Shown here: positions 40,500 to 54,030 of the stretch, in pieces
How positions within the stretch are numbered: position 1 is the first letter of the stretch
Layout of the letters: each line of letters starts with the position of its first letter
NCBI GenBank assembly: GCA_951406725.2
Contig: OX597839.1
Coordinates: 37,324,001 to 37,388,000 of the forward strand
DNA from: Octopus vulgaris
Lineage: Eukaryota
Direction: 5' to 3'
DNA: 64,000 nucleotides
Position numbers and translations under genes: made by a program
Notes under the pieces: model-generated
Told to the model about the DNA's origin: nothing
Seen by the model: only the letters and a program-made list of their open reading frames with translations
The model's database searches: none

Positions 40500-41480
40500 T
40501 TGGTTCAGATTTAATAAAGTTTTACTCCAGTTATATATTTGTCCATTGTGGTCATAATGAGAATCCAATATCCTGATAACAATCTTCGCTACTTTGGTCC
40601 AGGTCTTCTTCCATACTCGGACACTCTCATTTAAAGATCTTCGCAAACATGACCTGTTCTTACCACTGCAATCTTATCTGATACCAAATTTCCTTTTCTC
40701 TCAACACACTTGAGCTGTCATTCATACAGGCTGACACTGCATATCCAGTGGAATGTTCCTGTGTCACTTTTAATTTTTCCAGTGTCACCATTCAGTGCTA
40801 CCATGCAACACCACACCTCCTAATCAAACTTCATTAAATTTACATAAAAAAAAAGAAGCTATTTCTCACTAACAAAGGCAACACAAACTTTTTTATGGCA
40901 TTTCTTACTCCCGCTAAAATCCTTTCACAGCACCCACTTTGACTGCTGATCAGGTCACCTACATAACAAACACTATTAATTAGTTCTAATATACTAATAA
41001 TCCTTCTGAACAATTGAGAGACTTTATCTCTTAAGTGCTCTTACTACTACTACTACTACTACCTAATCCAGTGCATCTGCTATATTTGAAATCCTTATCA
41101 ATCAGCCTGCTCATGATCCCACTGTACCTTTTATGTTACTTATTATACAAAGAATTGGCTGCTCTGCAGTTTGTAGTAACATTGTTTTCTGCTAAACAGA
41201 ACTCGTCTTAGCTACAGTTACCTTGGTTTGAGAACTTGCTCTTACAGTTGGAGTTTTTCTTCTAATACTTGGACTGACTCAGATGAAAACCAAGCGATCA
41301 GAATACAGAAATTCTCATGGGCAAGTAGTTTTGAACCCCTCTACTATGTGTCCTGAAAGCCTAGAACAAAACAGCAGGGGACCAAGAACCAAACATTGGT
41401 GGACACTGAACTGCATATTAAATTCCTCATTGATCTTATTGCTCAATCTCACTTTATTGATAACAGCCTTGCGCTCTCAC
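40500..41480 (-). mobile_element. Ancient RTE-like LINE fragment
   Basis: Decayed (G)VHQ..VLGPLLF motif near 41360-41410 and a KKTW motif near 40605. Heavily mutated. Confidence 0.5.
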
Positions 41481-42332
41481 TTGCCATACCTTTACCCCAC
41501 ACCCATGTACACACACACACCACTTGAAAGGTGAATGAAGCTGTTACTAAAATAAACCCTACTTTATTTAACTAAGGCACACTACACACCCACGCACATA
41601 CTTTCTTATCATTAAGGTGGTAAGTAGAATTGTTAGCATGTTGGTCAAAATGCTAAGAGGCATTTCTAATGGCTTTTTATGGTCTGGGTTCAGATTTCAC
41701 CAAGGTCAACTTAGCCTTTCATCCTTCTGGAGAAAAAAAAATCAAAGTACCAGACAAATACTGGGGAGTCGATGTAATCTAGTAACCTATTCCTCTCAAA
41801 ATTCTTGGACTCGTACCAAAAATTTGAAACTGTCATTATATGCAATTTCAAGAATTTCCAATAAAAGAACACAAATTTTACTTTCTTTAACAAGTCTTAA
41901 TTCATTCCTTTATATATGGGAGCTTTCCTTTTGTCTTTTTTGGTGTTTGTTTTCTGATAAATAAATTACCCTCGTTATTCAATTAGTGAAGTGACTGTCT
42001 CAGAGAAAATCATGGAACAACTGCCAAAATCAAAACACAAGTAATACCACAAAAATAACTCAGAAATTTTCACTTGGCATATGTCTTCATTAATTAGTCT
42101 ACCTTAATATATTACAGCTATACAAGACAATGACAGTCTCTGCGTGGTGCCTACAGAGAGCAATCTTAACTCCCTCATACCACTCTAGCATCTTAGAATG
42201 TCGGGGAAACACAAGACAATATATACACACCTGTGTATGTCAAAATTCAAGATAATTTAGTCTTGCATTGAAATTGTGGTAAGAAAAAAAAACCTTAAGT
42301 AGGATTATTTCAAACTAAAATGTGCACGCATA

Positions 42333-42640
42333 AGGGCGGCAAGATGGCAGAAATGTTAGCACGCCGGGCGAAATGCTTAGCGGTATTTTGTTCTGAGTTC
42401 AAATTCCGCCGAGATCAACTTTGTCTTTCATCCTTTCGGAGGTCGATAAATTAAGTACCAGTTACGCACTGGGGTCAATATAATCGACTTAATCTGTTTG
42501 TCCCCTCTGTGTGTAGCCCCTTGTGGGTAGTAAAAAAAATAGTTATTTTGTTCTGAGTTCAAATTCCGCCGAGGTCAACTTTGTCTTTCATCCTTTCGGA
42601 GGTCGATAAATTAAGTACCAGTTGCATACTGAGGATCAAT
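42333..42640 (+). mobile_element. SINE family A with partial internal duplication
   Basis: The B box and core segment occurs twice. Confidence 0.85.
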
Positions 42641-42715
42641 CTAACCAACTGCCCCCCCCCCACTCCCCCAAAATTTTGGGTCTTGTGCCTAGAGTAAAAA
42701 AAAAAATGTCCACGC

Positions 42716-42747
<32 letters not shown>

Positions 42748-44334
42748 TTCCTAACCACATGGTTTCAGATTCAGACCCCACTGCACAGTACCTTGGACAA
42801 GTGTCTTCTACTCAAACCGACCAAAGCCTTGTAAGTGAATTAGAGAGGAAGTTCCATCATGAATATGTGTATGTGTGTGTGTGACAGTGCCTTCTTTGAT
42901 GATGACGACAGAAAGAGAGAGAAATGTGCTTATGTAAAAAGCATGTCTACATTGTTGTTTAGCTCCAGTTCTGCACTGATATGTTGAAAGTAGGCATTCC
43001 CGCCATAACTGCATTGTCTTTCTATCTAGCACAACCTTGCCTAATGTGTTTGCCCTTCCTTCAGAAAAAAAACTCTGCAGTTATTTCTAAAAAGTCAAGT
43101 AACCACATAGCAGTTCTCACTAACAAGAGTGTCTGTGTATGTTTACATAGGCACCTTGCATTCGCTTAGTTCCAGGTTCAATCCAGCTGCACAACCCTCC
43201 AAAGCCAAGAGTTGATTATCAGAGAAATTTAATACACAGAAAAATTAAAGCAAAAACCAGTTGTGTGTGTGAGTACATAAATGAGTATTTGTACTTAGAC
43301 TTGTCTAAAAGCTGCCACTATTTGTGTTGTCCTTGGGGCTCCATAACATAGTGGTTCAAAAAAATGGAGAACAATGCAATCGACTAAATTTTTTAAGCTA
43401 TGCCCTAATATGGCCAAAGTCAAATTAATCACTGGCACAAAGAAAACAATAATGCAAAAAGGATGAGAGCTAAATATACACAGAAGAGCATAGGTTTGAA
43501 ATGTCAGACTCTTCCGATTTTCCTAAGCGTCAAACTAATACACCTCTGTTGTTGTTTCCTCACTTGACTTTGTTGTATGGTTTTTTTTTTTTGCTTTTTT
43601 GGACAATTTTGAACCGCGTGCGCGAATATAAAGCATGTATGTGTATATATTATATGAGAAATAATACAAGTTTATATCATTTGTACCCTACGTACGTTTC
43701 ACCTTTGTGGCTATTTGAATCTTCTACAAGGAATGTTCCAAGTGTGATTGGATGCTGTTTATCAGGCGAACACTTCACTGCATTATGATAGGAGCTCTAA
43801 ACTCAACCGTAGCAGTCGTTCATCAAACAGTAAATGCATTTTATATACACCACTAAATAACGATTCAAAATGCTTTCAAGTGTATATGCACCACATATTC
43901 GTACAAACTTATAATCATTATATACTCACACACACAAAAATATATATAAAAGAAATGGTAAATTTTACCAAAGAAACGTTGGATACACTTGAAAAGAAAA
44001 GGTTCGATTCGCAACGAGACTACTCTATGGTAGTCGATCGATTCGCTAGAACTGCCAAATCTACCGCAGATGATACCCTGATGTCTTAAGGAAGAACACA
44101 TTGGCTAATGCAGTTCTTAGATATGACCCATGTACGAATATATGACGAGGTGGTCTTGACCTATAACGGCATTGGTCATAGGTCAACACGATCTGGACAG
44201 ACCAAGGGTTAAACATGGCATTTCTAGTAGGACTGCTGCTTAGTATAACGAGACAGTATAATCGTATGTGTGTATATATATGTGTGTGTGTGTGTGTGTG
44301 TATGTATATATATGTGTGTGTGTGTATGTATATA

Positions 44335-44381
<47 letters not shown>

Positions 44382-44756
44382 ATATGTATGTATGTATATA
44401 TATATAATGTACACACACATATATCATGGAATTATTATCATAGATGCAAGCACAGATAGAGTTAATTTATATGGATATAAAATGTACCCAGGTAATGCAG
44501 ATGTGTATGCACCCGATTAATGCAGATATATGCATTTAGCGAATCGTACAGTTAATGCAGATAACTATCTGCACCCAGGTAATACAGATGTACGTATTTC
44601 CCCCTCTTAATGCAGATATATATATATACCCGGTTATATATTTTCCATATACCAGCATGAACAGTAAATATAATCCGTATCAAGATATTAAATGCATAAA
44701 TGAACCGAAGATAAAAATGCACGCAATCGTACGTGTACATGAGCATATATCGATAT

Positions 44757-44779
<23 letters not shown>

Positions 44780-44787
<8 letters not shown>

Positions 44788-45042
44788 CTAGTCATTGTGT
44801 ATGTGTATACATATATTTATGGCAATCTTTCGTCTCTATGAAAGGTCTACTAGAGACGAAAGATCGCCTTTATTAACTATATATTATATACAGACTGTTA
44901 TACCTGATTGTGTATATATTATATATAGACGGTTATACCTGATTGTGTGTATGTGTGTATATCTATATATATATATATATATATACATCTAGTTATGTGT
45001 ATACATATATTAACTATATATATATAGACTGTTATACCTGAT

Positions 45043-45073
<31 letters not shown>

Positions 45074-45232
45074 ACACCTAATTATTGTGTATACATATAT
45101 TATATATAGACTGTTATACCTGCTTGTGTGTATATATATATATACACACACACACAATCATATATATATATACACCTAGTTATTGTATACATATATTAAC
45201 TATATATATAGACTGTTATACCTGATTGTGTG

Positions 45233-45260
<28 letters not shown>
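44780..45260. repeat. Compound minisatellite: agactgttatacctgattgtgtg and cacctagttattgtgtatacat blocks separated by (TA)n
   Basis: About 5 and 4 degenerate copies of the two blocks. Confidence 0.8.
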
Positions 45261-45271
<11 letters not shown>

Positions 45272-45530
45272 ATATAGTGTGTGTTAAATACATAAATGTA
45301 CCCAATTATATGTGTGTGTGAGGAGATATATTTCGATAGAGAAGTGTATGTTGAACAAAGAGAGGACTCGGTCGTCCTCGTGTGTCGTAATTAGTGGAGA
45401 CAGATGAGAAAAGTAGTCAATACATGGATTAGTGTGCCGCAGGAGAAAAGTAGTGATGCAGAAGTGTCAAGGAGCCATATTAACGATATTCACCTAACCA
45501 AAAGACGGGTAGAAAAAGCGAGATCCTTAC

Positions 45531-45725
45531 CTTTAAATAATAAACTGAAATAACAGCAAGAGAGAGAGAGAAATAGTGTGGTACCAAGATTTCTATGGTG
45601 ATACACAGAGAGAAAAGACGAGCAATTAAGATGCTGTGAACAATGGCGCTGACTAATAATGTAAAGACGAACTATACTGCACGGTGATTGGTTGATTGGA
45701 ACTTCAACGGCGAATTTCATTGGCT
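45531..45725 (-). promoter_or_regulatory. Putative Pol II promoter and non-coding first exon (possibly of CLIC)
   Basis: Minus strand has three CCAAT boxes (45687-91, 45695-99, 45719-23), then an Inr-like TTAGT (~45652-56), a YY1-like CGCCAT, and a strong donor AAG|GTAAGG at 45530/45531. The sequence is locally CpG-containing and unique. The link to CLIC is inference. Confidence 0.45.
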
Positions 45726-46099
45726 GATTCGGTTGATCTCGGCCAGTTCGGTTTGGTGGTAGGAGTATAAAAGGAGAGGTGGGAGTGTTGCTTGTGTTTA
45801 CCTTGAAGGTTGTTGTAATTGTTGCCTGCTTTTATTGTGGACATGGTGCTTGCTTGTTGGTTTTCCCCCGTAGGAGAAACGGTGTTTTAAGATTTCTTAT
45901 TTGTGTTGTTAATATTTGTGAACTGTTATCTTTCGGCCGAAGGGTGAAGGATACATAAATTGTGTGTTTACTGCTTGCGGTTTAAGTTTGAACCGCGTTC
46001 CCCCCTTCGGAAAACAAAAATCGTGGGATTTTATGGAATTTTTGAATATTTTTTTTTTAAATATTAAAAAAATAATGTCTTCTGTATGAAGAACAAAAT

Positions 46100-48140
46100 A
46101 GAAAAAAAAATTGAATTTTGCCGCCGCCGCTGTTGGTGAACGTGAAACGATTGCATTAAAAATGGAAGTCATTCAGGCTTACTATGGAATGATTGCTGAA
46201 GAAAACGGTGAAAAGAACATCACCAAGTGAAATAAGGAACAAGACAAATGAAAAAATAATTATACGTAAAACATACGATGTAGAAAAGAAAAGACTATGG
46301 TGTTTTTTTTAAGAAAGCACAGTTGAAAGGTGTCTCGGGCTGGTGATGGCCCGAGGCACAAGACATGCCACCATTGAAGCAAGGTTCGAGTTGATTGAGA
46401 AGGCAAGAGAGTTCGAACCTTGCAATGGGGAAACGTCATGCTACTGTCTCTATATCTGGGACACCGAATGTCCTGGATAAAGATTAAGAACATACCCCCA
46501 CACTCCTCTACAAGAGAGAGGACAAAATAAATCATTCAGATCTCCAGAGACGCCCCACAGAATTGGCGGGCTCAAAATCTGGAGATCCTAGCACAAGCAA
46601 CAAGGTTTACCCGAGACGATACACATAGAAGAATCAGTATTGGCAGTACATGTGGAGGTGAGAAGATCCAGGTGCTTTCATTGTGGAAAAAATGAAAGTC
46701 AAAATCCCTACCCAAAAAAGAAAGGAAGCAGGGGTGGAGGAGGAAGAGAAAAACGAAGAGACGGTCCCCCCAGCCACGGAGACTTCCACAGTTTACCTAT
46801 GTACCCTACACGGATCACAAATTAGTGATGTGTAGGTTGCAGATAGATAAGGTTCATAGACAGGGATCTGGCTATTGAAAGTTAAACAAGTCCCTATTGG
46901 ATTGCGAAACTTACCGTAGCCAGATTAAGGTGTTAGTAATGAGGGCACTAACCGCCTCTGTGATTAATAACCGGTGGTGGAGTGCCCTCAAAAGAGCCAT
47001 TCGACCCGAGTCGATTAGATTTAGTAAGCAGTTAAGTCTAGAGCAGACTAGAGTAGAAAGGGAATTAGTTAACGCATTAAAAGAGGCGCTGAGGATGGGC
47101 TCTGCACCCCAAATGTTGGCGGCGAGATCGATACCTCAATGCCAAACATGAAGGATCCAGAGTCCGAGCTAAAATACGTGCACTGGGCCGCGAGGGTATC
47201 AACGCTGCCGGGTGGGCTCGCTCTGAAGAAACCCGACGTGGCGTGGACGCTGCGATAAGGTCTATGGTGGACGAGCAGGGACAAGAAGAGATGTGCAAGG
47301 CCTTTCGCGAGCACTTTGCAACGTTGTTCAGGAGAAGTGGGTCGCTGGACCATCGGGATGCTCTCCGGCGGCCCGCGTCTATCGGCGCGTGACGCTGATC
47401 GCTGTGAAGGGCCGAGGAGGTTATAGAGGTACTTTCCGAGTGTCCCGGGGACAAGTCGCCGGGATTGGATGGTCTACCTTACGAATTTTATAAAAAGTAT
47501 GCCGAATTGGCAGCAGAATGGGAGAATTCCTAAATCTGTGAGCTGAGTAGTGGTGACACAGATCATGAAGGACCCGAACAAGGGGAATAACATTAATAGT
47601 TTTCGGCCCATAATTCTGCTAAACACAGAGTTAAAGATTTTGGCCAAGGTGCTAGCCAAGAGAGTGAGGATTGTCGTGGGGGACCTGGTGGGAGAGGCAC
47701 AGGCATGTGCCATCTCAGGAAGGACAACACATGACAACCTTCACCATAAAGAGGGTTGGTAAAGTTCCTGGCAAAGGGGGAGGCGCTGTTGAATTTAGAC
47801 CAGTCTAAAGCATTCGACAGGGTCGACCATCAGTATCTGGCGGCGATCCTCCGGGCTGTTGGATTGAGCCCGACTTTCCGAGGCTGGATCGAAGCTATAT
47901 ATTGCAAGATCGAATCTGTCGTCCGGGTGAATGGGTTCTTTCGAACCATTTCGCGATCGAGCGTTCGGTTCGTCAGGGCTGCCCCCTGTCCCCGCTGCTG
48001 TATGTATTGGTTCTTGATCCACTGCTGCGGAGGTTGGGGACTATGGGGGCAGACCCGCGTGTCTGTGTTACGGTAGAAGTGCGACGGCATATGCGAATAA
48101 TGTTACCATCATCGTGTCTGATAAAGGGCAGCTACCTTCA
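46100..48140 (+). mobile_element. Degenerate Tx1/L1-clade non-LTR retrotransposon (ORF1 knuckle remnant + frameshifted ORF2 RT); 5' limit approximate
   Basis: Motifs in order: RCFHCGK (46670), GY*KLNKSLL (46869), KSPGLDGLPYEFYKK (47453), FRPIILLNTELKILAKVLAKR, LDQSKAFDRVDH, VRQGCPLSPLLY and YANN (decayed YADD). Stops, frameshifts and internal deletions are present. Confidence 0.9.
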
Positions 48141-48683
48141 TAGTAGGTTGGTAGATAGAAAGACAGACAGATAGATCCAACCCATGCTAGCATGGAAAGC
48201 GGACGTTAAACGAACGATAGATAGACAGACAGATAGAATGTTTTGTTCATTTTTTTCCCCTTAACCCAGTGCTTTCTGGCATTTCTCCTGGTTTTATAAT
48301 CTGAGTTCAAATTCCGCCAAGGTCAATTTTGCCATTCATCCTTTCGGGTGGGGTGCGGGTAAATAAAACAAGAACCAGTCTACTACTGGTGTCAACCCTC
48401 TCCCACGAAAAATTCAGGCCAAGTGCCTATAATAGAAAGAATTATTTATAGCTTCATCCACTTCGAGATACACCGTTAAAAATTTATTCATATGTATCAA
48501 AATTTCTGTTCTTCGTATAATATAAACAAAACAAAATACGAATTACGGAGATGTATTCGCATAGCAAATGATTTGATCTGAGATCGTGTGCTGGAATGAA
48601 ATCAATTGCAGCGTGGAAGGTGTTTGTAAGCCATTTAAAAAACACACAAAAACCGTTCGATTCACTTCAACATTTAAGTTTAA

Positions 48684-48734
48684 TTTGTCAAAATATTTTC
48701 GTCGCTTTCAGACCGCGACCTGTTCACTGACAAA
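48684..48734 (-). ncRNA. Minimal type I hammerhead ribozyme candidate (Penelope-like), G3-C8 core variant
   Basis: Minus strand reads UUUGUCA-GUGAACA-G-GUCGC-ggucugaaa-GCGAC-GAA-AAUAUU-U-UGACAAA. This gives a 7-bp stem I, a 5-bp stem II and a palindromic stem III. Confidence 0.65.
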
Positions 48735-49656
48735 AATCCGTGCTGCATCTGAGAAAGTAACAGTTTCTATCAATTCTTGAAGAATTTCAATTGAGCAATG
48801 TTTTAATGTTAAGAAAATCGAAATATTCGAAAAAATATTGTTTCAAATTTTCCACTTATTCACACTCTTCTTACGTCCCAGAATTTTGGTAAATAAAAGA
48901 AATTTTAATTGGAATTCTGCGAGACAAAAATAAATAAATAAATAAATTGCTGCAAACCGTCAGATTGTGTAAGGGAGGTAACTTCTATCTCCCTCACCCG
49001 ATAAATTTGCTCTGAATTGGAGAATTGTTGAGACGACTCCAGAGGCTGTCAAATGGGAAGAATCTTTCTATTGTCGGACAAAATGCTTATCGGTATTTTT
49101 TCCTGATTCATTATGTTCTGGGTTCAAATTCCATCCGAGCAAATTTTACCCTTTATCCTTTCGAGGGTTGATAAAATAGATCAGCTTAGTCCCCTAATAT
49201 TGAGAGAGGGCTGAGGGAATCGATTAACTCTTCCCAGTCAAAACTGCTAGCCTTGTGTCAAAATTTGGAACACAACTATTTTATTTTTTAATCACTGAAA
49301 CTGCGAGAAGAAACAGTGTCTGTGGACCTTGCAGGCCCTCTGATTAGTGAAGATGATACCGTTAATATTCCGTTTAAACCAGGGGCCAGTAAAGTAGTAG
49401 AAATTGATCCCTGGCAGTGTGACTATATTCAAAAGGGCTGATAAACACTTAAACCAATTTTGAGCATTAAGGGGCTGATTTATCAATATAATATCACCAC
49501 CGTCTTTATCAATTTTACTATTTTAGTTAAATTTCTTTAAATATTTCTTATTAAAAAAAAGTGCTAATGACACAAAAAATGAAGGAATCGTTTATTATTT
49601 ATACATTTTAATTTTATTTTAGAAATTTACATTAACCATGTTCTTTTATTCTTTTA

Positions 49657-49975
49657 AGGCAGCGAGCTGGCCGGGCGAAATGTTTAGCGGCATTTCGTCT
49701 GCCGTTACGTTGTGAGTTCAAATTCCGCCGAGGTCGACTTTGCCTTTCATCCTTTCGGGGTCGATAAATTAAGTACCAGTTACGCACTGGGGTCGATGTA
49801 ATCGACTTAATACCTATGTCTGTCCTTGTTTGTCCCCTCTGTGTTTAGCCCCTTGTGGGCAATAAAGAAATAGGTATTTCATCTGTCTTTATGTTCTGAG
49901 TTCAACTTTACCTTTCATCCTCTTGGGGGTCGATAAATTAGTACCAGTTGCATACTGGGATCGATCTAATCGACT
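49657..49975 (+). mobile_element. SINE family A with partial internal duplication
   Basis: Similar to the other family A copies. Confidence 0.85.
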
Positions 49976-50641
49976 GGCTCCCACCTCCATGTTAGTATGG
50001 AAAAGAAAGACAACAATCTCCCTGCTGACTAATTTGTTTTAGAGTCTGAGCCATTTCTTATTCAGTATCACATTCTTCCCGGACAGATCAAGGGACCATG
50101 TCTATCTTACAAGCAATGTAGAGAGCAAAGGAGATGGGATTTTGCTATCATTTAGGAAATGTCCTCTGTTCAATATACAGAAAAGCTGTTGGTAGTACAT
50201 TGTATCTTGGGAGGGTCATTATGCCAGTAAGAAACCCATGCAGTGGTTCTATCTTACACCTTGACATTCTGAGTTCAAATTCCACTGTGGTCAATGCTAC
50301 TTTTCAGGGTTGAACAAATAAATACTTGTTGAGCACCTGGGGCCCATGCAATCAACCTGCTTCCCCACAAAATTTCATGCCTTGTGCCTACAGTAGAAAA
50401 GATAAGTCAACTAGTTCGCCATTTAACTAATTGATCATTAGATTGTTTAGTCATGGGAGTCCTTTAATTGCCACACATGACCTTTATTATGTCCTCACTA
50501 CTCCATTTCTGAAGGGAGAAACTAAATACTAAGTAACCAATGGAAATTATGAACACACGAAAGAGATGCAGTGTGATTATAGTGAGGTTAACAGAGAAGA
50601 GAGGCTTCAAATGCAGACAAATGCATTTAGAATATGTCAAA

Positions 50642-50983
50642 AAGGCGGCGAGCTGGCAGGAACGGTAGTACACCGGGCGAAATGCGTAGCCGTATTTCGT
50701 CTGCCGTCACGTCCTGAGTTCAAATTCCGCCGAGGTCAACAAATTAAGTAGCAATTACGCACTGGGGTTGATGTAATCGACTTAATCCGTCTGTCTGTCC
50801 TTGTTTGTCCCCTTGTGGATAGTAAAGAAATAGGTATTTCATCTGCCGTTACATTCTGAGTTCCAATTCCACCTTTCGGGGTCACTAAATGAAGTACCAG
50901 TTACACACTGGGGTCCATGTAATCGACTTAATCCTTTTGTCTGTCCCCTCTATATTTAGCCACTTGCGGGCAATAAAGAAATA
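50642..50983 (+). mobile_element. SINE family A with duplicated 3' half
   Basis: Similar to the other family A copies. Confidence 0.85.
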
Positions 50984-52742
50984 AGAGTATTTGTCATATA
51001 TAGGTACTAAGATGACACACGAAATACTGGCTCCCAAACACGATCAGAATATTGTCATATCTCCTGCTTAATGTTATCTAAATAACTCTGTCCCAAAGCG
51101 ATTACAATAAGCTACTTATTTTGTATGTGCAAAAGACTGGGCGTAGAGCTGAAAACTCGGAAAATAAATAAAACAGTTCATCTTAGTTAATTTATGAATT
51201 ATTTTTTTGTCCTAACATGTCCAAATCCAAGTGGAATAATTATTTGATTACCTCCCCTGTCCTACATTACGCCAGACACTGAGTCGCATGCCATTACACA
51301 CGTAGTACAGAAATACCAGCGCAGCAGGTGAAAGTCGACCAATACTGGTGAAGTTGCTAGATTTGTTGTCAGCTTCCTCAGTAGAAAATACCCATGTCAT
51401 GCAAGCATCGACTGCTAGATATTATTGTTAAACAGTGGGTAGAAAGATTACTGATTCATAGAAAAGTTACAATGAACCATCTAAGTAGATTGGTAAAAAT
51501 AATTAAAACAATATTTTTTTGTTTGAAAGGATTGGGTTCTTCTCCCGGCATGACTGATTTAGAAGTTCATTTCTCAAGAGAGTAGTTTCACGTAGTCACA
51601 GTAACTTCTACAAGTGTCTTCTACTATAGGTCCAGGCCAACAAAAGCCTTATCAGATATTGGTAGGTGTAAAACGAAAAGTTGCCTGTAGCATATATATG
51701 TGCCGGTGTCTGGATGCTGGTTTTTTTGCCTTTAAAAATCTGATACAAGAAAAATGCTAACTCAAGGATGGTTAAAGAATAAGCTTGCTCAAAACATAAC
51801 TGTCAGTGAAATTGTGAACCCTTCATAGCACAGTCGTGCCTGTATCTTTCAAGATTTTTACACAATACCTTCTGTGTTAAAATAAATAGAAAACTGAATA
51901 GTTGTTTCATTACAGTAACTCTAAACAAACCTCACCAACACTGAGGACTGTTCTTTGTTGAGGAATGATAAAATAAATCGGGGGTTCCTCAGAGCTTTAG
52001 CTTTCACATTATTTCCCCAAATGTAATGCTTATTTATTCACCTTTAGAATTAATCATGCATTATCTTGTAGCTTTACGAGTTCAGTGAGATTGTTTCTTT
52101 TTAGAATGACATTGTAAGTTGGGTGTGAGATGCCAGATCTGGTTGATTTGAATGAGGCAGAATATCTGGATTACTCTGTTAATTACCTGATTGTAAATAT
52201 GGGAGTACTAATGACGACCCAACCTGACATAAACCAACAACCCACCAAAATTGATGAAATGTCTACAGGATAACATGATCTAGAAACAGTAGCCGAAAAT
52301 TTGCCTCAAATATTTTACAATTTGAGAAAAAGCCCAAGCCCACCCTTGAAGTTGAAGTATTCCATAGTATATGAAGTGGCTGGTGTTATGAAGGGCATTT
52401 GGCTGAAGCCATCCAAAAGTAGACAATGGAACTTGGCAGTGCTCTGGATCATTGCCTCCTGTTAAACTGTCCAACCTATAGCAGCTTAGAAGAAATACAC
52501 AATTTGAACATAAAAAAAGGGTCATGGTTGGAAAGTCTTTCATTCATAAGATCTGTTTGATCAGGATTGGACCACCACAAAGCCCTTGATCTCAACAAGT
52601 GCAATACTAGCAGAAACAGTTCCAAGAATATTAACCTTCTTGTTATGACATTTCTGTTGAAATACACTGCCTATGATTCAATTAACTTTGAAAATAATTA
52701 AAAACTTATTAAAATAACTGTCATTGTACAGCTGGTATTTGG

Positions 52743-52972
52743 AAGGCGGTGAGCTGGCAGAAACGTTAGCACGCCAAGCAAAATGCTTAGCAGTATTTTG
52801 TCTGCCGCTACGTTCTGAGTTCAAATTCCGCCGAGGGTCGACTTTGCCTTTCATCCTTTCGGGGTCAATTAAATAATTACCAGTTACGCACAGGGGTCGA
52901 TATAATCGACTTAATCCGTTTGTCTGTCCTTGTTTGTCCTGTGTTTAGCCCCTTGTGGGTAGTAAAGAAATA
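52743..52972 (+). mobile_element. SINE family A, nested in a MITE-like repeat
   Basis: Full head to aaagaaata tail. Confidence 0.85.
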
Positions 52973-53139
52973 GGCATTTGGAACATAAATCAACATGAAA
53001 TTCTGATGAGAGATTTTAAAATTTTGATTACATCAAAACAAGAAGTTTGTTATAAAACCAGAGGCAGTTTCAAGCAGGCCATCAAATGGGCTAAAAACAA
53101 CAAAAAGAGAACAAGAATAAGAGAAGACAGAGAGAAGTT

Positions 53140-53687
53140 TGAATCTATACAGATATATGTTTTAATGTCTATTTACAAATATATTTACAACTGTCTTCAC
53201 ATCCTCTCCATGGCATGATGAGTATCGACAAATGATGTCCCTGAGAAGTAGATGAGATAGCCAAGACGATGGAACACAAGACAGGACCAAACCCACACAG
53301 ACACACAAACTTTTTAGTCCATCAGTGCACAGTAGCAACAGACCCAGCAAACATTTCAATCTAGATTGTTCCATGGACTTCGCAAGAATCCACGTTTTTT
53401 TCTTTTTGTTCTTTTTTGAATAAACAAAAAAAAAAAAAAAAAAAATTTTTTTTAGAAATAACCTAAAAGGGGAAAAAGAAGGACCTATGTATCACTGTGG
53501 GAATACAGCAAGGTGAAAGGTTGGGGTGGGGTGGGTGCTGTCAACTGAGACCAACAAACTGGTGGTAACCACTAACACACTCTCCTGTGTTGGGGGGGGT
53601 AGGAAATTGTCAACTTACATGGTGAGTGGCATGGGGGGAAGGGGAAACTGGTATACAAAAATCACATTCTGCTTTGACAAGCTGGCA
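53140..53687 (-). other. Probable cyclin L 3' UTR with ATTAAA poly(A) signal at 53161-53166
   Basis: Unique sequence after the stop codon. ATTAAA is followed downstream by a U/C-rich tract. Confidence 0.5.
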
Positions 53688-54030
53688 TTATCGTTTGTAC
53701 TTGTCATACCTCTCGTAAGAGGGGCTGCGGTGGTTTCTGTGTTTCTTGTACTGTTTGTTGTCGGGGCTGTGATTGTAAGGATAGTGGTCCCTCTCGCGGT
53801 AGTATTTCTTGTGGCCGGCACGTCGATGTTCAGGGGACTGGCTGAACGACCGACTGCGGCTTCTCGAGTATGACCGACGTTTGTTCCGTTTGTGGGTGTG
53901 TTTCTCTTTCTGGACGTAGCGCTCGGGCGAGTATTTGTCCTTGCTACGATATTTACGTGGTGGGGTCCGATACCGTTTATTCTTATTGGCAGGAGATCGA
54001 CTGTGACTGTGGCTGAAAGACCTCTCGGAT
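53688..54030 (-). CDS. CCNL1: Cyclin L terminal coding exon, RS/RH-rich domain ending ...YERYDKYKR*
   Basis: ttttgcAG acceptor at 54031-32. RSYSRSRSRS repeats are typical of the cyclin L C-terminus. The eight exons join into one open frame. Confidence 0.92.
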
